A DNA stretch of 56,194 bases from an uncultured Bacilli bacterium (GTDB taxonomy: Bacteria; Bacillota_I; Bacilli_A; RF39; UBA660). Made by a program: the position numbers and the translations under genes. Below are positions 48,432 to 56,194 of this stretch, one piece after another; the first letter of the stretch is position 1, and the number at the start of each line of letters is the position of its first letter. The notes beneath the pieces were generated by a model, which saw only the letters and a list, made by a program, of their open reading frames with translations, made no database searches and was not told where the DNA came from. The DNA lies in assembly GCA_947630495.1 (NCBI GenBank), contig CANRHS010000002.1, positions 1-56,194 on the forward strand, read 5' to 3'.

Positions 48432-49901
48432 ATGTACAGTAGTATTCTTGAAAACTTAAAAAAAGTATTATCAGGAATTACTCCTATTATAATACTTGTT
48501 CTTATATTAAGCTTCTTTTTCAAAATAGATGCTAGTACGGTTATTAGATTTTTATCTAGTAGTCTTCTTGTTATTATTGGTTTAACTTTATTTACAACCG
48601 GTGCTGATATTTCTTTAAATACAATTGGAGAGAAAATAAGTAAAAGTTTAATCAAAAAGAAGAATTTAACTTTAATTTTAATTGCCTGTTTATTTTTAGG
48701 AACATTCATTACAATGTTAGAACCTGAGTTTTTAACAGTAAGTGATGAAGCCAATGGGATTCCTCTTCCGGTTTTACTATTTTCGGTTTCTTTAGGAATT
48801 GGAATATGTTTGATGTTTGCAATTTATCGAATGTTTAAGAAAATTGAATTTCGAGTTATTCTAATAATAGGTTATTTAATAGTATTTGTAACTTTAATGT
48901 TAGTTAATATGGATATTATTCCCTTTGCTTTTGACATGTCATCAGTTACAACTGGAGCCATCTCGGCACCTTTCATCTTAGCTCTTGGAGTAGGATTTTC
49001 ATCAAGAATTAAAAAAAGAAAATCTGATGATAGTTCTGAGTTCGGAATTCTTTCGATTTGCTCGATTGGACCTATTTTAATGATTTTAATCTTAGGACTT
49101 TTATTTCATCCTAATATTGTTTATGACTCTGATCCTATTTTAAAAAAGTTAGATTTCTTAGAAACTTTATGGATGAATTTTTATCAAGTCTTCTTTTCCA
49201 TGTCACCTTTAGTTATTATGTACTTTCTATTTAATCACTTTAAATCAAAAAAGAAAGATAGAGAACTTCGGGGAATAATAACGGGACTCTTGATGGTACT
49301 TTTTGGAATTACCTTATTCTTAACGGGAGGTGACGTTGGTTTCTTTAAAATAGGATTTATGTTAGGAAGTCACTTAGGTAATATTAATCATCTTCTAATC
49401 CTAGCAATTGGAGGAATATTCGGGTACTTTATTTCGAAGATTGAACCATCTTTAAAAGTTTTAATTAATTATGTAAATGAAGTAACAAATGGTTCTATTA
49501 AAGATAGATTCCTAGAAATTTGTTTATGTCTTGGAGTTTCGGTTTCTGTTATCATGTCTTTATTTAGAGTCTTAAATGGTTACTCTGTAATGGCTTTTCT
49601 AATTCCAACTTATTTTATTGCCGTCCTTTTAGCGTTCTTTACACCAAATAATTTTTTGGCTATCGCCTTTGACTCCGCGGGAGTTGTTGCTGGGAATATG
49701 ACATCAAGTTTCTTACTTCCCATGCTAGTTGGAGTTGCCTCAACCGTTGGTCCAAATTACTTAAAAGAAGCCTTTGGAGTTTTATCTTTAGTTAGTATTA
49801 TCCCGGTTATCATTATTGAAATAGTCGGCCTTATTTATAGTCAAGAAGAAAAGAAAATTGGTAATCTCAATTTAGATGATACCATTATAGAATATAGGTG
49901 A
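48432..49901 (+). CDS. DUF1538 family membrane protein
   Basis: Polytopic two-repeat membrane protein. Typical pairing with downstream P-II-like genes. Confidence 0.7.
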   Translation: MYSSILENLKKVLSGITPIIILVLILSFFFKIDASTVIRFLSSSLLVIIGLTLFTTGADISLNTIGEKISKSLIKKKNLTLILIACLFLGTFITMLEPEFLTVSDEANGIPLPVLLFSVSLGIGICLMFAIYRMFKKIEFRVILIIGYLIVFVTLMLVNMDIIPFAFDMSSVTTGAISAPFILALGVGFSSRIKKRKSDDSSEFGILSICSIGPILMILILGLLFHPNIVYDSDPILKKLDFLETLWMNFYQVFFSMSPLVIMYFLFNHFKSKKKDRELRGIITGLLMVLFGITLFLTGGDVGFFKIGFMLGSHLGNINHLLILAIGGIFGYFISKIEPSLKVLINYVNEVTNGSIKDRFLEICLCLGVSVSVIMSLFRVLNGYSVMAFLIPTYFIAVLLAFFTPNNFLAIAFDSAGVVAGNMTSSFLLPMLVGVASTVGPNYLKEAFGVLSLVSIIPVIIIEIVGLIYSQEEKKIGNLNLDDTIIEYR

Positions 49902-49905
49902 TTAA

Positions 49906-50547
49906 ATGATAAAATTATTAGTAATTATATTTAATGATGAAAAAAAATTAAAAACTTTATTTAGGAAACACAGATTAACCTATAATGCCATGACTTATGG
50001 ACGAGGCACTGCTTCTTTAAGTTTGCTTCGTTATCTAGGACTTGATGAAGTTCGAAAAAGTATATATTTCTCTTTAATTCCCAGTAATCTTGAAGAAGTA
50101 ATCTTTAAAGAATTAGGTACCAAATTAAAAATAAAAGAGGTAGGTAAAGGAATAGCCTTTTCAATATCTTTAAATAGTTCTAGTAAATTTATAAATGATA
50201 ATATGAAAGTAAGTGATGAAAAAATGGAAGATAATAAAATGAATTATGAATTAGTTATAACAATTGTAAAAGAAGGTTACAGTGACCAAGTTATGCAAGC
50301 CGCGAAAAAAGCTGGAGCAACGGGAGGAACTCTTATATCCGGAAGAAGTCTTGGAAGTAGTAGGTCAATTTTCATGGATATCACGATTGAACCCGAAAAA
50401 GATATTGTTTTAAATATTGTCTCAAGAGATATTGCCAAAGAAGTAATGCAAACAATTACCAAAGAAGCGGGGATAAAAACTGATGCAAGAGGACTTTTAA
50501 TTTCTTTACCTATTGATAATGTCTTAGGCCTTCAAGATGTCAAATAA
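49906..50547 (+). CDS. fused tandem P-II-like protein
   Basis: The second half (ELVITIVKEGYSDQVMQAAKKAGATGGTLISGRS) is P-II-like. The first half is a weaker copy. Confidence 0.65.
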   Translation: MIKLLVIIFNDEKKLKTLFRKHRLTYNAMTYGRGTASLSLLRYLGLDEVRKSIYFSLIPSNLEEVIFKELGTKLKIKEVGKGIAFSISLNSSSKFINDNMKVSDEKMEDNKMNYELVITIVKEGYSDQVMQAAKKAGATGGTLISGRSLGSSRSIFMDITIEPEKDIVLNIVSRDIAKEVMQTITKEAGIKTDARGLLISLPIDNVLGLQDVK

Positions 50548-50581
50548 AAGTGTAAAGTAGAAAAAAATTTTTTTAAATCAA

Positions 50582-50834
50582 TTGCCAAAAGATTTAGAAT
50601 ATACTATAATATACTTGAGTCCATTGATAAGAAAATTAATTCAATTGTATTAACTCACCTATATATTATATAGGATACAAGAGAATAATTGGAGGTGATT
50701 AACTTATTGTTATGAAGTTAATTAAGGAGTAATGGATTAATATTACTAATATTAACTCTAATTATTAGGAAACTAGTAATTAATTCATAACATAAGATAA
50801 TAAGGTGGCACATAGAAATATGTGTCTTTTCTTA
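50582..50834 (+). ncRNA. stand-alone small transcription unit (candidate sRNA of about 215 nt)
   Basis: TTGCCA-17-TATAAT (50582-50610). Internal helices ttatgaagttaatta/taattaattcataa and cctatat/atatagg. Terminator ggcacata-gaaa-tatgtgtc plus a T-run (50807-50834). No ORF longer than 6 codons. Confidence 0.45.
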
Positions 50835-50842
50835 TAAAGGAC

Positions 50843-50871
50843 TTGAATTATTTCTAATATTTTTGTATAAT
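50843..50871 (+). promoter_or_regulatory. promoter for gene 50902
   Basis: TTGAAT, 17-nt spacer, TG-extended TATAAT. Confidence 0.6.
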
Positions 50872-50901
50872 CTATTATGGTTAAATAATTAAGGAGTAGT
50901 T

Positions 50902-52164
50902 ATGAGTAAAAAAAGAAGAAAAAGAAGAAAAATGATAATAAAACCTAAAATTCAAACAGGTTTTTGCATATTAAGTGCCATCTTTATTTTAGGATGCTGT
51001 ATTTATTATGGAAATAGATTAATTAAATATTATAAAATATATAATCCAAAGTCTGAAAGTGGAGAAAAACTAATGACTTTAGCATCAACCATCAGTTCTA
51101 ATAGCAATATAGTATATGAAGGAAGTGGATTATATCTTGAAAATGGCAACTATATCTATAAGGGTGAAAAAGTTGATAACTATGTTTTAGTTAATAATAT
51201 GTTATTTAGAATAATTAAAATTAATTCTGATAAAACGATAGATATTGTTTTAGATGACTTTATAAATAAAATAGAATGGGATAAGGAATATAAGGATTAT
51301 AGTAAATCCGAAATAAATAAATATTTAAATGATAAATTCTTAAATATCTTAGATAAAAACATATTAGAAAAAACAACAGTATGTAATCCGAAAGTTGATA
51401 AGTTAACAAATGTTGAATGTGGAGAATATACAAGTGATGACTATGTTAGATTATTAGGAATAACCGATATCTTAACAAGTAAAGTTGATAATAAAAGTTA
51501 TTTAGTTAAAGATTCTGAGTATCTATGGCTTTATAATCAAACGGATTCTAAGGTATGGCATACAAGTGGCAATAGTTTAGCAAGTGATGATGCTACAAGC
51601 AGATATGGTATCAAACCAGTTATTACTTTAAAAAATAATGTTATCTTAATAAATGGGGATGGAACTGAAAATAATCCTTACCGAATTAGTCAAGAAGGAG
51701 AAGAAGTAAGTGTTGGTACTTATTTAGATATCAATGATGATATTTATATTGTCTATGAAGTAGGAGAAGATTATTATAAAGTTCAAAGTGATAAAGTCTT
51801 ATATACAACAAGAATCTTTGATGAAAGTTCTAATGACTATAGTAAATCAAGTTTAAAATATTATTTAGAAGGTGAGTATTTAAAAGGAATAAGTTATCAA
51901 GATATGTTAAAGGAAGTAGACTTTAATGGAGTTCAATCTAAGGTTGGTATTTTAAGTAATGAAGACTTTAAGTTTAATAATGATTTAAAAAATTATTTTC
52001 TAAGTGATAAACTAGATAATAATATCTATCTTTACAATGGAAGTTTAACATCTTCAAGAGTTAATGTTAAAAGAAATGTTCGTCCATGTCTTGGAATTAG
52101 TAAAGATTTAAATATAATAAGTGGTAATGGTTCTAGTATGGCACCATTTATAGTGGAGGTTTAA
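50902..52164 (+). CDS. membrane-anchored extracellular protein (two DUF6273-like modules, tentative)
   Basis: Basic N-terminus plus TM. Repeated pattern ending in RYGIKPVITLK and NVRPCLGIS, resembling the gVRPal motif. Confidence 0.55.
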   Translation: MSKKRRKRRKMIIKPKIQTGFCILSAIFILGCCIYYGNRLIKYYKIYNPKSESGEKLMTLASTISSNSNIVYEGSGLYLENGNYIYKGEKVDNYVLVNNMLFRIIKINSDKTIDIVLDDFINKIEWDKEYKDYSKSEINKYLNDKFLNILDKNILEKTTVCNPKVDKLTNVECGEYTSDDYVRLLGITDILTSKVDNKSYLVKDSEYLWLYNQTDSKVWHTSGNSLASDDATSRYGIKPVITLKNNVILINGDGTENNPYRISQEGEEVSVGTYLDINDDIYIVYEVGEDYYKVQSDKVLYTTRIFDESSNDYSKSSLKYYLEGEYLKGISYQDMLKEVDFNGVQSKVGILSNEDFKFNNDLKNYFLSDKLDNNIYLYNGSLTSSRVNVKRNVRPCLGISKDLNIISGNGSSMAPFIVEV

Positions 52165-52165
52165 A

Positions 52166-53170
52166 ATGCGTAAGTCAACAATATTCTTTTTAGTCATAGA
52201 TGTTTTAGCCATTTTCTGTTTTGTCCTTTTTTATGGACCATTTGATAGTTTTAGAAATACTTTAGTTAATACAGCCATGGTTACAAAATCTCATCAATAT
52301 ATAGCCTATACTTTCTTTAGTGAAAAAACAGTTCAACATATTCTAGATTTAAATAAATTTATCCCAGTTACGGATGATGTTGATTTAGATGATATTGTCA
52401 TTGATACATCTGAAAAAGATACTTATGATAATGAATATGATGAAGCAATTCTAAAAAGAGATAAAGGTAATAATGATTATAAATATTTACAAATAAAAGT
52501 AGGAAAACATAAAGCCCATTTAGTAGCAATATATGATCCTTCAAAAGTAACTTTAATTAGTAGTAAAGCCTTTAATACAGGTTCAGGCCAAGAAACAGTT
52601 TTAAAGATGTGTGAGAGAGTTGGAGGACTTGTTTGTATAAATGGAGGAGGTTTTGCAGACCCAGATGGCTGGGGAAGTGATACTCCACTTGGATATGTTA
52701 TTAAGGATGGAGAAGTTATTTGGTCTCCAGTTACTTCCAAAGAAAATATAATTGGTTTAACCGATGATAATAAGTTGTTATTAACAAAAGCAACCGGAAA
52801 AGAAGCGGTTGAAATGGGAATGCGAGATGGACTTCAATTTGGACCTTTCTTAATTGTAAATGGGGAAACTATAAAATATGAAAGTGCCGCCGGAGGTTAT
52901 GATAGAGCAGCCCGTGTTGCCATTGCTCAAAGAAAAGATGGTGTAATTTTATTCTTAGTAACTGAGGGAACTCATGGAACTGGACCTACTTTAAAAGAGG
53001 TAGTTGATACTTTAGTTCTATATGGTGCTTATAATGCAGCTAACCTTGATGGAGGAACTTCTTCCCAAATGGTAGTAGATGGAAAACTTGTTAATAACCC
53101 CAAAAACGTCTTTGGTCAATCAGTTGCCGGAGGTCGTAGAGTTGTAACGGGATTTGGTTTAATAAAATAA
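52166..53170 (+). CDS. phosphodiester glycosidase (NAGPA/DUF2233) family protein
   Basis: N-terminal TM. CINGGGF, GPFLIVNG, RVAIAQRKDG, AANLDGGTSS. Confidence 0.8.
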   Translation: MRKSTIFFLVIDVLAIFCFVLFYGPFDSFRNTLVNTAMVTKSHQYIAYTFFSEKTVQHILDLNKFIPVTDDVDLDDIVIDTSEKDTYDNEYDEAILKRDKGNNDYKYLQIKVGKHKAHLVAIYDPSKVTLISSKAFNTGSGQETVLKMCERVGGLVCINGGGFADPDGWGSDTPLGYVIKDGEVIWSPVTSKENIIGLTDDNKLLLTKATGKEAVEMGMRDGLQFGPFLIVNGETIKYESAAGGYDRAARVAIAQRKDGVILFLVTEGTHGTGPTLKEVVDTLVLYGAYNAANLDGGTSSQMVVDGKLVNNPKNVFGQSVAGGRRVVTGFGLIK

Positions 53171-53217
53171 AAAATGTCAATTAATCTGTCAAATTAAATA
53201 AAATTGCAAAATATAAC

Positions 53218-53455
53218 TTGATTATTTTCCAAAATATGGTATTATGTATTTATAAAAGTAGAAAGGATGTGAACTTCTCATGATAAATAATAAAAATATA
53301 GCAAATGTATCAAATAACAAAGTTTTCAATCAGTTTACCATGGGGGGGGTCTATCAACTTTAATACAAATTAAAAATGCATTAGTCGACAAATTTAGACA
53401 TAGAGAAGTAGTATATTTATACTATAGTTTTCTATGTCTTTTTCTAATTTCTCTC
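53218..53455 (+). other. stand-alone small transcription unit with a 27-codon ORF and a G8 tract
   Basis: TTGATT-16-TATTAT promoter. ORF 53280-53363 behind AAAGGA. G8 at 53342-53349. Long hairpin agacataga...tctatgtct (53406-53449) plus a T-run. Confidence 0.5.
53280..53363 (+). CDS. candidate 27-aa peptide MINNKNIANVSNNKVFNQFTMGGVYQL
   Basis: ATG 10 nt after AGGA. The G8 run encodes Gly-Gly. Confidence 0.3.
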   Translation: MINNKNIANVSNNKVFNQFTMGGVYQL

Positions 53456-53463
53456 AAAATGAC

Positions 53464-53492
53464 TTGAAAAGTCCAAGTATTTATCTTATAAT
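53464..53492 (+). promoter_or_regulatory. promoter for gene 53545
   Basis: TTGAAA, 17-nt spacer, TATAAT. Confidence 0.6.
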
Positions 53493-53544
53493 ATTATTAG
53501 AATAGTGAGACATAGTTTCAAATGAAAGGAGTAGTGAAATTAAT

Positions 53545-55332
53545 ATGTATTTAGAGAAGAAGAAAGGAAATAAAAAGATTATAATATCTAGTATTATAGT
53601 ATTAATAGTTTTAATAGGAATAGTAGGAGTAACATTTGCTATATGGAGTTATTCTAAAGTTGGTTCTAATCAAGAACTAATATCGGGTAACATTTATATG
53701 AAGTATACAGAAACTAATCAAATAAATGCCCAAGGTATGATGCCTCTTGATATTAGTAAGTATTATAGTGAAGGTTATATTGTTAATCCTAATATGACTG
53801 AGAAAGAACTATCAATTTGTGAGAGTTTCTTTGAAGAGAACTTTAGTCAAATGTTTCAAAATGAAGAGACAACAAGAGCCTTTTGTGAGGGAACGGGAAC
53901 TGCTTCTGGCTTGACTTTCCAAGGAGTCTTAGATGGAGGATATTTAAATGGCAATTTAGAAGAATTAGTTTATAAAAGTATAGTTTTGCATGAATTTAAA
54001 ACAATGTATGACCTTTATAAAGTGAATCCAAGCATGACATCAGAACAACTATCAATTTGTGAGAGTTTCTTTGAAGAGAACTTTAGTCAAATGTTTCAAA
54101 ATGAAGAGACAACAAGAGCCTTTTGTGAGGGAACGGGAACTGCTTCTGGCTTGACTTTCCAAGGAGTCTTAGATGGAGGATATTTAAATGGCAATTTAGG
54201 AGAATTTGTTTCCAAAAATATAATACAAAAAGAAACAATAGAATTACCAAAGGTACCATACTTTGAATTTAATATAGAAGGAACAAATGATTATACAAAA
54301 GATATATGGTATGAAATAGTGTTAAGTCATGGAGAAGAACCAGAAGATAGAGATACAAGAATAAAAGATAGTTTATTGAGGTTTAGATTAGTAGAAGTAA
54401 TAGAAGGACAAGAAAAAGAAATATTTACAAATAGAAATTATGAAGATTTAAGTAAAGAAAAAATCTGGGTAGATACAGTAAGTGCTCAAACAGAAGAAGT
54501 AAAAAGAGTATATAGATTATATATGTGGATAGGAAATGAAACAACAATAGGAAATACAGATGGTGCGGATTATGATAATGAAACATGGAAGAGAGTTTTT
54601 GCAAGTATAAAAGTAAATGTTAATGGAGACTTTATTCCTAAGAAAATATTATATATTCCATATGTAAAAGACCCTGAAACTGTACCTCCTCAAAATGCTA
54701 GTTGTTTTATGACAGAAGAATTTGAACATAATGGAGATACAGAGATAATGATAACAGATTATGATACATCATGTGGAACCAAAGTAAATATACCAGAAGA
54801 AATAAATGGACATAAAGTAACAGTTATAGGGAGTTCCAATAAAAATTATAATGAGTATTATATTCAACCGATGGCATTTTCAGAAGATGAATGGTCAATG
54901 TCATTTAGTTATAAAGGCTTAACAAGTGTAGTAATACCAAATACTGTAAGGATAATAGGGGAAAGTGCTTTTCAATATAATAACTTAATCAAAGTCAAAA
55001 TACCAGATAGTGTGGAATTGATAGGTATATCTGCTTTCAAAAGCAATCGCTTGGAAGATGTCACAATAGGAAGTGGAATTAAGTATATAGGAGAAGAGGC
55101 TTTTAATATTAATGGTGTAGATTTTGAAAATCAATATGGAACATTTAAAACATTAAAAGTAAAGAAGAGTTGTAATGAAATAAAGAATATACCAATATCT
55201 TTTGAATATCAAGAGACAGCCTATCCTTGGACAGATGTAACTCATAAAAATGGTTTAACAATATATGGTTATGAAAATAATGGATGGCAGATATGTGATA
55301 AGCAATTTATACGTTATGTACTAAATCAATAA
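53545..55332 (+). CDS. membrane-anchored surface protein with an internal 80-aa duplication and C-terminal BspA-type LRR (LRR_5) repeats
   Basis: N-terminal TM. Duplicated LSICESFFEENFSQ... unit. C-terminal IPNTVRIIGESAF, IPDSVELIGISAF, IGSGIKYIGEEAF. Confidence 0.75.
   Translation: MYLEKKKGNKKIIISSIIVLIVLIGIVGVTFAIWSYSKVGSNQELISGNIYMKYTETNQINAQGMMPLDISKYYSEGYIVNPNMTEKELSICESFFEENFSQMFQNEETTRAFCEGTGTASGLTFQGVLDGGYLNGNLEELVYKSIVLHEFKTMYDLYKVNPSMTSEQLSICESFFEENFSQMFQNEETTRAFCEGTGTASGLTFQGVLDGGYLNGNLGEFVSKNIIQKETIELPKVPYFEFNIEGTNDYTKDIWYEIVLSHGEEPEDRDTRIKDSLLRFRLVEVIEGQEKEIFTNRNYEDLSKEKIWVDTVSAQTEEVKRVYRLYMWIGNETTIGNTDGADYDNETWKRVFASIKVNVNGDFIPKKILYIPYVKDPETVPPQNASCFMTEEFEHNGDTEIMITDYDTSCGTKVNIPEEINGHKVTVIGSSNKNYNEYYIQPMAFSEDEWSMSFSYKGLTSVVIPNTVRIIGESAFQYNNLIKVKIPDSVELIGISAFKSNRLEDVTIGSGIKYIGEEAFNINGVDFENQYGTFKTLKVKKSCNEIKNIPISFEYQETAYPWTDVTHKNGLTIYGYENNGWQICDKQFIRYVLNQ
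53807..54199 (+). repeat. tandem 240-nt duplication with a 153-nt perfectly identical core
   Basis: 53807-53959 is identical to 54047-54199. The flanks of each unit are diverged. Confidence 0.9.
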
Positions 55333-55434
55333 ATTAGAAATACAAGAATAACAATCTTGAATTTCTTTTTTCTTGACTTATCAATAAATATGTGATATAA
55401 TCTATGCAATATCAAAAAAGGGGGATAAATTGAT

Positions 55435-56194
55435 ATGAAAGATAATTTAATACATGAACTTATGGGTAGAATATACGAAACAAGATTTAGTAAAGAATAC
55501 AAAGAAGAATTAATGAAAGGTTCTTACTTTAAAAAAATGGATGAAGGGTTATTAGAAGAAATAGTTAATTTAGATGACTATGATTTTAATTATTACTTAA
55601 GTTTTTTATATAAGATATATTTAAAAAATAATAATATTAATTATTATCAAGATAAATTAATTAAGATAACTAAACTTTTAATACCTGAATTAGGAAGTAT
55701 AAATGCTAATAATTTAGTAGATATACTTGCTAATACTAATTTAATTGATAATATAAATATTGTTAAATTTACAAGTATCTTTTTAAATATTAAAGAAACA
55801 GATAAACTTGATAAGATAGTTGATATTATTTATAATCAAGATATAAAAGATAGATGTTTTAATTTAATTTTTAATGCTATTATTAATAGTAAGAATGATC
55901 TTGAAATGGATTTTATTATTAATCTTATTAATAATAAAAGAATAGTAAATAATGAAGTAGAATTAAAGATATCTCTTGAATTTCTTAAACAAACTAAATT
56001 TAGAGATAAATTAGTTGCTTTTTATAAAATATTTATAATAGGTGATTTAAAAGATATTACTTTAACTTCAGTATATGGTATGACAATTAAAGAATCTATT
56101 TTAAAAACTACTAATAATTATCAATTAAAAACTCTTATTAAATTAAGTTCTGTTTTAAAACAATCAAGATTTAGAGATAGTATTATTAAGAAAA
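55435..56194 (+). CDS. hypothetical protein, 5' partial (runs off the window)
   Basis: Not in the ORF track because there is no stop. The ATG at 55435 follows aaaggggg and a TTGACT-16-TATAAT promoter (55373-55400). I translated it by hand and it is open to 56194. Confidence 0.6.
   Translation, partial: MKDNLIHELMGRIYETRFSKEYKEELMKGSYFKKMDEGLLEEIVNLDDYDFNYYLSFLYKIYLKNNNINYYQDKLIKITKLLIPELGSINANNLVDILANTNLIDNINIVKFTSIFLNIKETDKLDKIVDIIYNQDIKDRCFNLIFNAIINSKNDLEMDFIINLINNKRIVNNEVELKISLEFLKQTKFRDKLVAFYKIFIIGDLKDITLTSVYGMTIKESILKTTNNYQLKTLIKLSSVLKQSRFRDSIIKK

Noticed and set aside
50800-50834. T-box-like GGTGGCA next to the terminator hairpin
   Set aside because: Only a 7-nt resemblance to the T-box core. 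There is no Stem I, AG bulge or specifier architecture, and the downstream gene is not amino-acid related and has its own promoter.

Overview
Very AT-rich chromosomal segment using the standard genetic code (TGA is a stop, e.g. 27158-27160; Trp is TGG). By gene content and sigma-A type promoters it looks like a low-GC Firmicutes or Erysipelotrichia/Mollicutes-related organism. All domain calls come from reading motifs by eye; no searches were run.

Housekeeping backbone:
- tRNA-Leu(CAA)
- a heterodimeric ABC exporter with one degenerate ATP site
- rpsD, trpS, and the str operon (rpsL-rpsG-fusA-tuf)
- trmB, dinB, MscS, TspO, an M23 peptidase, and a DUF948/YtxH envelope-stress cluster
- DUF1538 plus a fused P-II-like pair

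Most interesting region: an accessory island at about 9.5-21.6 kb. It opens with a self-contained five-gene operon (9623-17290) that has its own promoter and flanking terminators. The operon encodes:
- three tandem paralogs of a Zn-ribbon / TPR-like / TIR protein anchored by 5 predicted TM helices. The N-terminal modules are near-identical and the TM cassettes are diverged. The third copy carries two predicted extracellular SH3b-like domains.
- a YdjI-type SPFH protein with a C-terminal double zinc ribbon
- a polytopic membrane protein with an extracellular BspA-type LRR-like region

I could not match this architecture to any described TIR system (Thoeris, CBASS, SPARTA, TIR-SAVED, TIR-STING). 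I flag it as a candidate novel membrane-coupled TIR system.

Directly downstream are an ABC-type ATPase plus an RloB/Toprim pair (PARIS/OLD-like), a monocistronic RNA ligase, and a DUF2779 Cas4-like nuclease.

Other oddities:
- a HipA-like kinase translationally coupled to trpS
- rpsL with K88P/P91I in the streptomycin loop
- a two-module ClpX-like AAA+ protein
- an iPGM homolog with every catalytic motif replaced
- a frameshifted Rpn nuclease gene
- two stand-alone promoter-to-terminator small transcription units, one containing a G8 tract
- a perfect internal DNA repeat in a surface LRR protein gene
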